The notes beneath the pieces are model-generated. The model was not told the DNA's origin, searched no databases, and saw only the letters and a program-made list of their open reading frames with translations. From the IMG/VR virus record IMGVR_UViG_3300046167_000237, positions 1-52,192 of that record: 52,192 nucleotides of DNA, one strand, 5' to 3'. This DNA comes from a virus. Lineage: Duplodnaviria > Caudoviricetes. The translations under genes were made by a program, and so were the position numbers. Position 1 is the first letter of the stretch; each line of letters begins with the position of its first letter. Below, in pieces: positions 9,688 to 17,540 of the stretch.

Positions 9688-9975
9688 ATGAGCAAGAAGA
9701 TTAAGGTGGCGGCAAAGATTGAGCCGCCGTTTACAGACGTGGATTACAAAGAGATTGATGCTCTTTGCGAGAGTTTAATAATGATATGCGGTAAAATGAG
9801 AGATGACAGTCCATCAGTCTATGCTCGTAACACGGCAAGCGACATCATTGATATGATCGTAGATTTGAAAATTGATCTGTCGAGCTTCGGCGATAAGCAC
9901 GCACAACAGCTTGACGCAGACGGTTTCGTCACAATCAAAAGCAAACCAGATGAAAGGGTAGCACATGAGCAATGA
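9688..9975 (+). CDS. hypothetical protein
   Basis: 95-aa ORF with purine-rich RBS. Confidence 0.6.
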   Translation: MSKKIKVAAKIEPPFTDVDYKEIDALCESLIMICGKMRDDSPSVYARNTASDIIDMIVDLKIDLSSFGDKHAQQLDADGFVTIKSKPDERVAHEQ

Positions 9976-10270
9976 GCCAGAATTGATTAAAGTCGGCGAG
10001 GTGTTTGTCGTACAGAAAGACAGCACTTTGATTGGTGCCGAGGTGGCGTTCAGCGAGAACGTCAGGAATAAACAAGGGGCGGCAACGGCCCTTGATCTGA
10101 TGCGAGGTGCGCTGAACAACAGTGGTTGGATTACACAGACAGTTATGCGTGTGGAGGATAAGGTAGATGCACAGACTGACACATCAGCAGAAGGTGAACG
10201 CGGTGAAGATAATCAAACACCTCCGCAACCAACCGCCAAGCAAAAGAAAAAAGCAAAGGCAGATAGCTGA
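9965..10270 (+). CDS. hypothetical protein
   Basis: ORF overlapping both neighbours. Confidence 0.5.
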   Translation: MSNEPELIKVGEVFVVQKDSTLIGAEVAFSENVRNKQGAATALDLMRGALNNSGWITQTVMRVEDKVDAQTDTSAEGERGEDNQTPPQPTAKQKKKAKADS

Positions 10271-10421
10271 AAGTCTGGGGCTAACGCAAAGTCAGATCAG
10301 TAGGAACCTGAGTATATTAACTTATGTGGGCATCGTCGACCACGATGGCGATGCCTACGTTGAAGGGCCAAAGTCTGAGAAGTATCTTGCAGACTGGGCA
10401 GTCTACCTGTTGGATCGCTAG
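10167..10421 (+). CDS. winged-HTH DNA-binding protein
   Basis: KQRQIAESLGLTQSQISRNLSILTYVGIV wHTH pattern; RBS GGAGG. Confidence 0.7.
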   Translation: MHRLTHQQKVNAVKIIKHLRNQPPSKRKKQRQIAESLGLTQSQISRNLSILTYVGIVDHDGDAYVEGPKSEKYLADWAVYLLDR

Positions 10422-10603
10422 GTCTCGTAAAATGATCTAGGACAGACGAAGTCTGGATGCACAACGTACCTCTTACGGAGATAGTATTTTTCGTAAGAGG
10501 TCTTGTGATCAGTGTGGGAATAGACGCAGACTTTAACGAAACTGTTGTATCCGTCTATGTGCGCGTGCGTATGTAGGATCAAGATAAGAAACCACACTAC
10601 CAC
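10418..10603 (-). CDS. small hypothetical protein
   Basis: 61-aa ORF with hydrophobic N-terminus and two Cys. Confidence 0.5.
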   Translation of the reverse strand: MVVWFLILILHTHAHIDGYNSFVKVCVYSHTDHKTSYEKYYLRKRYVVHPDFVCPRSFYET

Positions 10604-11049
10604 CTCCCCATTTTTCTACCGACAAAGAAGACAAGAACAGCAAGGCATATCCCGATCAGCAGGATGATGCCGACCCACATGATGATGTCCTCGATTAGCT
10701 TCTGACGTCTGGCGCGTTTGGCACGCTCCGCTTCGGCGCGTTCAGTTCGGATTTGTCCGCGCAGACGTATGAGTTCCTGCCATGCGGAAATTCCGCGCGT
10801 GGCTATGACGATCTGACGGAGTTGATGCTCTAGGTCTTCGGCTTGTTTACGCGCGACGAAGGTGTCGAGTGCTTCCTCGTTCGCAGACATGATCTGTCTG
10901 CCCTTCTTCTTTTGGTGGTCGCCTTTGACGCTGTCGATTGCGTCGAACAGGGAACCAATTTCTTTGCCAAGCGATGCAATCTCACGGCCTGCGGACACGC
11001 CTGCCTTGATCGCACTGAATGCCGCCATAGCGGTTGTGATCGGTTCCAT
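10597..11049 (-). CDS. hypothetical membrane protein
   Basis: MEPITTAMAAFSAIKAGV... with C-terminal transmembrane helix; preceded by a GGACGAC motif. Confidence 0.7.
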   Translation of the reverse strand: MEPITTAMAAFSAIKAGVSAGREIASLGKEIGSLFDAIDSVKGDHQKKKGRQIMSANEEALDTFVARKQAEDLEHQLRQIVIATRGISAWQELIRLRGQIRTERAEAERAKRARRQKLIEDIIMWVGIILLIGICLAVLVFFVGRKMGRW

Positions 11050-11103
11050 TTAGAGACCCCCTTGTCCCGACAATTTTATCAAGGGAGTTGGGGGAGGGTC
11101 GTC

Positions 11104-11943
11104 CTAGACGTCGAAAGCCAAGGAGAAACGCATGCCGCTAGAGTTGAAAGGTGTGGAGAGGCGTTCGTCTGCAACGGATTGCGACTGGATTTCGGAGGAG
11201 TTGGAGAGAACGCGACGACTGTCTTGGTATGGATTGTTCTTCATCATGTATGCGCTGTAGGAAACGACTTCGTTGTCGTCTGTATCGTCGCTGCTGCTTT
11301 GCTTCATGGCAGTAGAGACGTCTGCGTTTGGGCTGTCAGGCTCGTCGTTCGCTTCGTTGGATACGATTTCCGTGGACTTCGAGTTGGTGTCAGAGGCTTT
11401 GGCGGTGAGGATTGCGGAGCCGAAACCATTGTTGAAATGCGGATTGCCGAGGGGGATCGTTGGGTTGGTGTCGTTGCCGAGCAAGGCAATAGCCTTGGCT
11501 CGGTGGCCAGACATCTGGTCGTTTACTTTATCGCGGACAGTTCCCGGCATACCGCCAGACGCGGCGTCTGTAGCGTCGTAGTTGCCCGGCCCCCCGGTGT
11601 TGACGATGGAGTACATGTCTAGCAAACCCATGCCATTCTTGAAGCCATTGCGACGGAAGTAGTTTACGATTGCGCCACCTGCTCCGAGTTGGCTCTTCAT
11701 TGCGGTCTCGTAGGTGGAGAGGTCTGCGCCGTTCTCTTCCTGTTGAGGCTCGCCAAACTGAATGAAGCCTGCGTGTTGGCCCCACTTGGTCTTTGGCCCC
11801 TTCTTTTGTGGATCAAAGGTGCCTGCGGTCTCGTAGGAGATTATGGTGGCAAGGTCTACTGGGTCGACGCCAAGGGCGGCGGCGGCTTCAATGATGCCGT
11901 TCGATAGGTTTGTATCGTGGCCTAGTTTTTCTGAAAAGCTCAT
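11104..11943 (-). CDS. lysozyme/transglycosylase-fold protein with acidic C-terminal tail
   Basis: AAALGVDPVDLATIISYETAGTFDP...GFIQF resembles the lysozyme-fold catalytic Glu and GLIQF motifs. Confidence 0.65.
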   Translation of the reverse strand: MSFSEKLGHDTNLSNGIIEAAAALGVDPVDLATIISYETAGTFDPQKKGPKTKWGQHAGFIQFGEPQQEENGADLSTYETAMKSQLGAGGAIVNYFRRNGFKNGMGLLDMYSIVNTGGPGNYDATDAASGGMPGTVRDKVNDQMSGHRAKAIALLGNDTNPTIPLGNPHFNNGFGSAILTAKASDTNSKSTEIVSNEANDEPDSPNADVSTAMKQSSSDDTDDNEVVSYSAYMMKNNPYQDSRRVLSNSSEIQSQSVADERLSTPFNSSGMRFSLAFDV

Positions 11944-12140
11944 GCCTTATTCTTCTTCCAACTGATGCGCTTCTTGCTCGTCTTGTTCTTTGCAGACGAG
12001 TTGCACGCAGACTTGGTTGGGCGGCACGCAGGGTAAGGGCGTTTGCTGTCCGTGCGAGAGGAGCGACCGCAAGGTTTGCCCGTCTTGCAGTCGATCCATC
12101 CCTTGCCATCGTTCTGATTAAACCATTCGCGTAAGCTCAT
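11940..12140 (-). CDS. small basic Cys-rich protein
   Basis: MSLREWF...GWIDCKTGKPCGR...RPYPACRP. Confidence 0.65.
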   Translation of the reverse strand: MSLREWFNQNDGKGWIDCKTGKPCGRSSRTDSKRPYPACRPTKSACNSSAKNKTSKKRISWKKNKA

Positions 12141-12310
12141 TTCTTTTTACTCTTGTTGCCCCAGTTCTTTGCGCCGACCTTTCGGCATTTGACGAGTGCG
12201 CCAGACGCGTAAGCTGATGGCCATGTGCCGCCGTTACGTGTGTAGCGTGCCTTCACCTTGGTGTAGCAGGCGTCACGCTTGGCGGGCTTCTTCTTTGACT
12301 TGCTTGCCAT
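12137..12310 (-). CDS. 57-aa basic protein (not in ORF track)
   Basis: MASKSKKKPAKRDACYTKVKARY...WPSAYASGALVKCRKVGAKNWGNKSKKK; ATGA overlap with next gene. Confidence 0.7.
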   Translation of the reverse strand: MASKSKKKPAKRDACYTKVKARYTRNGGTWPSAYASGALVKCRKVGAKNWGNKSKKK

Positions 12311-12401
12311 TGTTACCCCTCAAAACACATGGGCATACAGCGTGTTGCATGTTGCCCGTCCGCGTCTTTCTTGCGATTGATTTGACCTTGGAGGATTTCA
12401 T
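12273..12401 (-). CDS. 42-aa basic peptide (not in ORF track)
   Basis: RBS GGAGG, TAATG coupling; MKSSKVKSIARKTRTGNMQHAVCPC... Confidence 0.45.
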   Translation of the reverse strand: MKSSKVKSIARKTRTGNMQHAVCPCVLRGNNGKQVKEEARQA

Positions 12402-12580
12402 TACCGCCTCCGAATAGCACGGCTGCGCTGTCCAAAAACTGGCGTTGAAGATTTCTGTGCGGATCGGCCAAACTGCGTCGGCATATTCGACATCGCACGG
12501 TATGGGTTCTGTGCGCGTAGCACCTGCTTGCCCATGGTCGGCCCCGATGTGCCGAAGATTTTTCCTCTGTTTCTACGCAT
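12401..12580 (-). CDS. 59-aa Arg-rich peptide (not in ORF track)
   Basis: MRRNRGKIFGTSGPTMGK...RAIRRR; RBS AGGAG upstream. Confidence 0.5.
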   Translation of the reverse strand: MRRNRGKIFGTSGPTMGKQVLRAQNPYRAMSNMPTQFGRSAQKSSTPVFGQRSRAIRRR

Positions 12581-12586
12581 GCCACA

Positions 12587-12691
12587 TTATCTCCTAATGT
12601 TCCGCTTCGTTGCCTTCGATCCTGCGCTGGAGGGCTTCCTCTTCGCGGCTGGCTTGGGCTTTCGCATCGACTTTTTCATTCCACGCATCAT
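12587..12691 (-). CDS. 34-aa Lys/Arg-rich peptide nested in the 3' end of the upstream gene (not in ORF track)
   Basis: RBS AAGGAG; MMRGMKKSMRKPKPAAKRKPSSAGSKATKRNIRR. Confidence 0.5.
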   Translation of the reverse strand: MMRGMKKSMRKPKPAAKRKPSSAGSKATKRNIRR

Positions 12692-13232
12692 ATGTCTCCT
12701 TGCGTTTTGTTAGGTACTCGATGTCTTCGTCTGGGAAATTTGCGTAGTATTGTGTGGTGCGCAATCTTTCAGATGCTTCGATCAAGTGAGTATATGATTG
12801 CACAAGAATGATAGCGTAGTCGTCCGCACCTAGCCCCTCAAATTCTGGGGTCAGCGGGTCTTCGTCGCTGTCTGGGTGGAAGCCCATGATCCAGACGCCG
12901 AAATGGTTTTTGTTCTGAGCGTCTACCCACGCATCGAATTGTGCAGGCGTCATGTCATCGTAATCAGTCCAAGCCACGACGTGGAGAAGGTCGTCTGTGG
13001 GCGGGTGGAAGGCTTTGATCTCTGCGATAGTGTCGATGTCTGGAGTGACATGGATCATTACGACGTTGCGGAGCCACGCTTGCCGTGCGTAAGGACATGG
13101 AGGCAAGCCCCCGAAGAGGGGCGAAGCCTTCTCTAGCACAGTCTCAGACCATAGTTGGATTTCCTGTGCAATTAAGACAGAGCTTTCTTCCCACGCTTCC
13201 ACGCTACTAATACTTTCCGTTTGCCTGTCCAT
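12594..13232 (-). CDS. hypothetical protein, DUF1415-like; start uncertain (possibly GTG 13202)
   Basis: PCPYA and GFHPD motifs resemble DUF1415. Confidence 0.6.
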   Translation of the reverse strand: MDRQTESISSVEAWEESSVLIAQEIQLWSETVLEKASPLFGGLPPCPYARQAWLRNVVMIHVTPDIDTIAEIKAFHPPTDDLLHVVAWTDYDDMTPAQFDAWVDAQNKNHFGVWIMGFHPDSDEDPLTPEFEGLGADDYAIILVQSYTHLIEASERLRTTQYYANFPDEDIEYLTKRKETYDAWNEKVDAKAQASREEEALQRRIEGNEAEH

Positions 13233-13726
13233 ACTGGGTTTGCCCTATGAGGTAAGTGTGAGGGGAAGATCGCGGCATGCCCCCGGTCACGGGGGGCATG
13301 GCGAAGTTTCGTCTGTCCGTAGACGCGCAGTCTGCCACCAGTGTATGAACGTGGACTTGATAGTTGGATTACCATTGTCAGCTTGCGTCTTTCGACTTGG
13401 TCTGCGCCATTGTCTACGTGCGTGCCATAGAATTGGCCGAAGCCATATTCGAGATACTGTAATGTTTCGAGTTCACCATCGAGGTTAAAGCCAATGGTGC
13501 GTTTGTTTACGTCGTCGAAGAGTTGCTCGATACGCTGATAAAGCCAGTCGTTGGGAGCGTCTGGTCTGATCCAGCCAACCTTGCAGTTGCGTTGCAGCTT
13601 GGAGACAAGACGACGGCCAGAGATGACAGACGCATCGTCGATAGAGACTTGATCGCAGAGAGCTTGGATTTGATCGCACTCGTCTTCGTTAAATGCTGGG
13701 ACTTGGAACCAGTTTTGTATGTGCAT
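13172..13726 (-). CDS. 2OG-Fe(II) oxygenase (prolyl-hydroxylase/PKHD-like)
   Basis: LQYLEY..GQFY..HVD, RKLTMVIQLS....YTGG.L, FPSHLPHRANPV..G.R. Confidence 0.85.
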   Translation of the reverse strand: MHIQNWFQVPAFNEDECDQIQALCDQVSIDDASVISGRRLVSKLQRNCKVGWIRPDAPNDWLYQRIEQLFDDVNKRTIGFNLDGELETLQYLEYGFGQFYGTHVDNGADQVERRKLTMVIQLSSPRSYTGGRLRVYGQTKLRHAPRDRGHAAIFPSHLPHRANPVWTGKRKVLVAWKRGKKALS

Positions 13727-13727
13727 G

Positions 13728-13979
13728 CTATACCTTTACGTCTACGTTGGTGCCTTCGGGTTTGCGCATAGCTTCCTGTCTGCCAACGCGGTCATATGAC
13801 CAACGCTCGCGCATGTCTTCATGGACGCGAATGCGCTGTTCAACATGGACTGCTATGTGTTTTTCTTTGAGGCGTTCGAGGTTTCGCAGACGTTTCTGTT
13901 CGGCAAGCTGCTCATTGAAGTTTGCTTGTCTGAGTTCGTTCAGATTGAAGGACTGAATGCCAGAGAACTCTACTGCCAT
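13728..13979 (-). CDS. hypothetical protein
   Basis: TAATG coupling; ends EGTNVDVKV. Confidence 0.6.
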   Translation of the reverse strand: MAVEFSGIQSFNLNELRQANFNEQLAEQKRLRNLERLKEKHIAVHVEQRIRVHEDMRERWSYDRVGRQEAMRKPEGTNVDVKV

Positions 13980-14254
13980 TAGCACTTCCATCTACGTCTG
14001 GCCGCGCATATGCGCTTCTTGGGCGTCTTACTGCATGAGATATTGTGCATCTTCATCTGGCCTGCCGAGCGAGAACAGTAGGAGGATCGACGCTTGCCGC
14101 CAGATGGTTGGGGTGCCTTGAGCTTTGAGCCGCATGCTTTGTTGTACTTGGCTCTGCCCTTGGCAGTCAGGCCAGCACCTTGGCTGGCTGGTTTCTTTTC
14201 GCCGCGTCCTACGGAGAGGCTTACGTTACAGCGTTTCTTTTTCTTTGCGGCCAT
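13979..14254 (-). CDS. small basic Cys-rich protein (DUF6321-like)
   Basis: GLTAKGRAKYN...LKAP...RRSSYCSRSAG...RRWKC; RBS AGGAG. Confidence 0.7.
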   Translation of the reverse strand: MAAKKKKRCNVSLSVGRGEKKPASQGAGLTAKGRAKYNKACGSKLKAPQPSGGKRRSSYCSRSAGQMKMHNISCSKTPKKRICAARRRWKC

Positions 14255-14263
14255 GTGTTGCTC

Positions 14264-14641
14264 CTACTTCTTGGTCAGTCCTTCACGCTGTAAATATGCC
14301 AGATAATACTTTAGGAAGTCGTCCAGTCTGAGCAGGACAAGGCTGTCGCCTGTCTTCATGCGTGACTTGCGATTGATCACGACTGCACTGCTGTCTGATC
14401 TGGTCTTCTCAATGTTGGTTTCTGCTTGGCGAAGGGCGTCGTGAAAGTTCAGACGCTCCACTCTCTTGGCTTCTACGAACAAGTCTGGCGTGCCGAGCAA
14501 GTCTGCACCGCCAACCATGTTGACATGACCGCCACCCGATAAGGGTGCGCGGAAACTGTCGAGACCTGTTTGTTCGTTAATGTATGCGGCAAGTTCTCGT
14601 TCGTACTTGTCACCTTTGGCTTTCATCCCTCGACCGCTCAA
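14264..14641 (-). CDS. Holliday junction resolvase, PD-(D/E)xK type
   Basis: KGDKYERELA, ADL, VEAKRVERL. Confidence 0.75.
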   Translation of the reverse strand: MSGRGMKAKGDKYERELAAYINEQTGLDSFRAPLSGGGHVNMVGGADLLGTPDLFVEAKRVERLNFHDALRQAETNIEKTRSDSSAVVINRKSRMKTGDSLVLLRLDDFLKYYLAYLQREGLTKK

Positions 14642-14931
14642 TCGTCATACCCCATATCTTTCCGACATGGCTTGCAAAAGAACCAGTTCTTCGGACGTTT
14701 CTTTGTGTCACCGCACGACATGCAGGGACGCGACCACTGTATTTCCTCAAAGTCACGGCGAACTTGGTACTTAGCTCCATCAAATTCTTGAAGCCCCTCG
14801 CGAACGAGGATGCGCTTCAGTGTGTCGACGCAACAGCCAATGCGGCGTGCCATCTCTGAGTAATTTCTAATTCTGTGGTTTTCTTGGAGCCAAGACAAAT
14901 CCGCGTCACTGACGCGAACATTCCTTGGCAT
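14638..14931 (-). CDS. HTH plus C-terminal zinc-finger protein, candidate transcription activator
   Basis: YSEMARRIGCCVDTLKRIL HTH; CMSC...CKPC; RBS AGGAG. Confidence 0.65.
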   Translation of the reverse strand: MPRNVRVSDADLSWLQENHRIRNYSEMARRIGCCVDTLKRILVREGLQEFDGAKYQVRRDFEEIQWSRPCMSCGDTKKRPKNWFFCKPCRKDMGYDD

Positions 14932-14962
14932 AAAACACTCCTAACAATTTCAAGTTGTATAG

Positions 14963-15047
14963 AATTTAATACGCAAAAAGAGGAATGTAAATAACCACAG
15001 GTGTCTTTAACACACCTATTGACGTATGAGCCGCAGACTGGTATAAC
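14963..15047. promoter_or_regulatory. divergent sigma70-like promoters flanking an AGGTGT-N7-ACACCT palindrome
   Basis: - strand TTTACA(14991-14986)-17-TAAATT; palindrome 14999-15017; + strand TTGACG(15019-15024)-17-TATAAC(15042-15047). Confidence 0.65.
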
Positions 15048-15065
15048 GTCAAGGCGTTGAGTTTG

Positions 15066-15093
15066 AAACGCCCCCACCGTAGGTGGGGCGTTT
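15066..15093. terminator. GC-rich hairpin, possible bidirectional terminator
   Basis: AAACGCCCCCACC-gta-GGTGGGGCGTTT. Confidence 0.55.
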
Positions 15094-15181
15094 GGCTAAA
15101 ACGAAAAAGACTTCTTCTACGAAGTTGAACTCGACGTTATACCACTTTTCCCACTTAACTAATAAAAACAATGGGTTAGCC

Positions 15182-15382
15182 TTGACAGACGTTGACGAAA
15201 AAAAACGCAGCAACCGTGAAAAATATCCCGAAATTGCTGCGTTTGTAGACAAGGTGCGCGAATATTTCCCCGATGCGAAGGTCACTGCTATTCGGAATTT
15301 ATCACCCGAAGAGATGGAGAAGCGGAAGGCGCGTCAAGCTCAAGCCAATCGCGAACAAGGCGTAAGGGTCTGGAAAGTTTAG
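15182..15382 (+). CDS. small hypothetical protein convergent with the primase gene
   Basis: TTG start; TDVDEKKRSNREKYPEIAAFVDKVREYFPDAKV looks protein-like; downstream of a strong promoter. Confidence 0.45.
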   Translation: MTDVDEKKRSNREKYPEIAAFVDKVREYFPDAKVTAIRNLSPEEMEKRKARQAQANREQGVRVWKV

Positions 15383-17231
15383 TAGCGATATACTCTGGAT
15401 CGTACCCATCGAGAGCCATGTCTTTCGCACGTTGCTTCGTTGACCTACTAGACACAACAACCTTTGCGTCTGTGATGTTATGCGCGGCAAAGCCTACCCA
15501 TTGCACACGGTCGTGCATGTCTGTCCACTCACGAACCTTACCGTATCTAACTTCCATAACCATGTAGAGCCTGTGATCTGGCGGTAGCTTTGCCTGTAGC
15601 TGTGGCCAGATGGGGTGATCGTATGACCCGTCGAAGATGCCTGCGTTCTGCTTGGCCGTCTCTTCGTCCGCAAAGACTTGCGCCACTCTGATCTGCGTCT
15701 CCAGCACAGTAAGCTGGTTGGTTGAACCTGCTTCTCTACCCATGCCACCCTCGGATGGTTTGTTCGAATGGTGTACCATGATCACAGACAAGCCAGAGTT
15801 GCGGAGCTTGACCGCCAGCTTGTTGATCTTTGCCCACTCGTCTGCGGAGTTTTCGCCAAGTCCGGGGTAGGCTGAACGGATGGTGTCGATCACGACAACG
15901 TCTGGCTTGGCGTATTCGATCCAGCCTTGCAGTTCCATCAAGCCTTCACGTTGGTTGAGGTCAATCTCTTTGTCATCAACGAATGGCGTCCAGATGTTAA
16001 GGCGGTCTTGTGTGTCGCCGTGCATGTGCCGCATCTCCATCAGACGCTTGGCAATGGTGGACATACCCATTTCAAAATCGAGGTAGAGAACTCGTGCAGG
16101 TCTGCCGATTTCGAACGGGCCAAAGTATTTTCGACCCGCCGCCATGGAGGACATTGCATGTTGAACAAACATGGATTTGCCGTGGCCCGAATAACCGAAG
16201 ACCTGCACGATAGTATTACTAGGAAGCCACGGTTCTATCAAGTAAGACTTAGCATCAGCTTGAGATAAAAGTTGCTCTGCATCCTTCATCTGGATGAGCT
16301 TTCGATCACGCTTTTCAGCCTGCTGTTCTGGATGCACCATTGGCTTGAAGTTGTAGTTGCCTTGGTCGTCAAACCGTTCGGGATGATTGCGCCTCTCGGC
16401 TTGCTCCATTGACTGCACAGTCGCCTCAAACTCAGGCTCGTCCAGTGCGTCAGCAAAGAACTCATTCATAAACGCGTGGCCTCTGACCCGCAGGTCTGGG
16501 CCGAAGTAACCTTCAAGAATACTCTCAGATATGTGGCGCATCACGCGCTCGTTACGCCCATTGCTCATGCCCGTGGGTATCTTGAGTGTGTTCGGAAAGT
16601 TATCGCGCACATACTTAGCCGTGCGATCCCATTCTGATATAAATTCGTCTGGCTGCAACGGCTGCACAGACGTCAGGTCTAGCTCCTCGAAGCTGAACTC
16701 ACCCTCTACTTTTTCATACAGGGTTGGTTGCCAGTCTTCCCACATGGGATAATCATCATAGTCGAGATACTGAGGGTAGTCCCAATGGTAGTGGTTCGAT
16801 GGCGGAAGAAGTGCGTAGCTCCCGTCGCCTCGGAAATCTAGCCCGTCTATCTTCGGCCAGTCTGCACCCCGGCTGTTGACCCCGGCACGAGGGCCGCGTC
16901 TGACACCGTCCTTGGGGTGTTCGAAGTATAGATGGACACCGCGCTTTGTTTTTACGCGGATGGGTGATCGCATGCCAGCATCGAATGCGGCATGCAATGC
17001 GTCTTCATTATCGCAATCGACGACGACTAAGCCAGAGACTGCGCCTGTAACGATGGCAATGTCATAGTTCGGCCATTGACCCCACCATCCATTCACCTCG
17101 TCTTCAGTTGGCAGTCTGTCTTGATACTCTCGCCATTTGATTGCGGGTCGCTTGCCTTCTGGCTTGATTGGAATGATGCTCCAACCTCTGTCCAGATATT
17201 CAAGTGCCGCGTCTAGTTTTGTCTTGGTCAT
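15288..17231 (-). CDS. bifunctional DNA primase/polymerase (Prim-Pol) fused to an AAA_25/RecA-like helicase
   Basis: GWSIIPI..EGKRP, GLVVVDCD, T.RGVHLYF, DFRGDGSY..LPPS; Walker A GYSGHGKS; VLYLDFEM; VVVIDT; VHHSNK. Confidence 0.85.
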   Translation of the reverse strand: MTKTKLDAALEYLDRGWSIIPIKPEGKRPAIKWREYQDRLPTEDEVNGWWGQWPNYDIAIVTGAVSGLVVVDCDNEDALHAAFDAGMRSPIRVKTKRGVHLYFEHPKDGVRRGPRAGVNSRGADWPKIDGLDFRGDGSYALLPPSNHYHWDYPQYLDYDDYPMWEDWQPTLYEKVEGEFSFEELDLTSVQPLQPDEFISEWDRTAKYVRDNFPNTLKIPTGMSNGRNERVMRHISESILEGYFGPDLRVRGHAFMNEFFADALDEPEFEATVQSMEQAERRNHPERFDDQGNYNFKPMVHPEQQAEKRDRKLIQMKDAEQLLSQADAKSYLIEPWLPSNTIVQVFGYSGHGKSMFVQHAMSSMAAGRKYFGPFEIGRPARVLYLDFEMGMSTIAKRLMEMRHMHGDTQDRLNIWTPFVDDKEIDLNQREGLMELQGWIEYAKPDVVVIDTIRSAYPGLGENSADEWAKINKLAVKLRNSGLSVIMVHHSNKPSEGGMGREAGSTNQLTVLETQIRVAQVFADEETAKQNAGIFDGSYDHPIWPQLQAKLPPDHRLYMVMEVRYGKVREWTDMHDRVQWVGFAAHNITDAKVVVSSRSTKQRAKDMALDGYDPEYIATKLSRPLRLVRDWLELDAPSASPSLRVINSE

Positions 17232-17427
17232 AATCATCCTCTTCAAAGTATAAGTCTAAGTCTAGTTCTGGTTTCTGGGACTTGATCCTCTCCAAGACGA
17301 CGCTCGAAACGTATGCGCGATTGATCCATCCGTAGGGTGCTGTCCTTACAACCCCTGCGATCTGGGCAACCGCTGACGCTCCACCAAGGTCATCAATCAG
17401 ACGTTGGATGTTCAGCTTCGCTTGCAT
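17200..17427 (-). CDS. Cro-like small HTH regulator
   Basis: LIDDLGGASAVAQIAGVVRTAPYGW pattern; first gene of the leftward replication operon. Confidence 0.7.
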   Translation of the reverse strand: MQAKLNIQRLIDDLGGASAVAQIAGVVRTAPYGWINRAYVSSVVLERIKSQKPELDLDLYFEEDDYDQDKTRRGT

Positions 17428-17454
17428 ATAAATCTTCCTTTTTTGTTTTCAGAC

Positions 17455-17521
17455 TTGCGTCTCTGTATAATGTATAATACTCTTTAGGTGTTTACAAGAC
17501 ACCAAACGTAGTAGCTGGTGT
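17455..17521. promoter_or_regulatory. overlapping divergent sigma70-like promoters with a GGTGT-N7-ACACC operator
   Basis: + TTGCGT(17455)-17-TACTCT; - TTGTAA(17497-17492)-17-TACATT; GGTGT-ttacaag-ACACC 17487-17503; extra GGTGT 17517-17521. Confidence 0.65.
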
Positions 17522-17540
17522 CAGATTTACGGAGGTATAT

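Noticed and set aside
13276-13300. Strong inverted repeat inside the oxygenase gene
   Set aside because: No U-tract and no second copy; no function can be supported.
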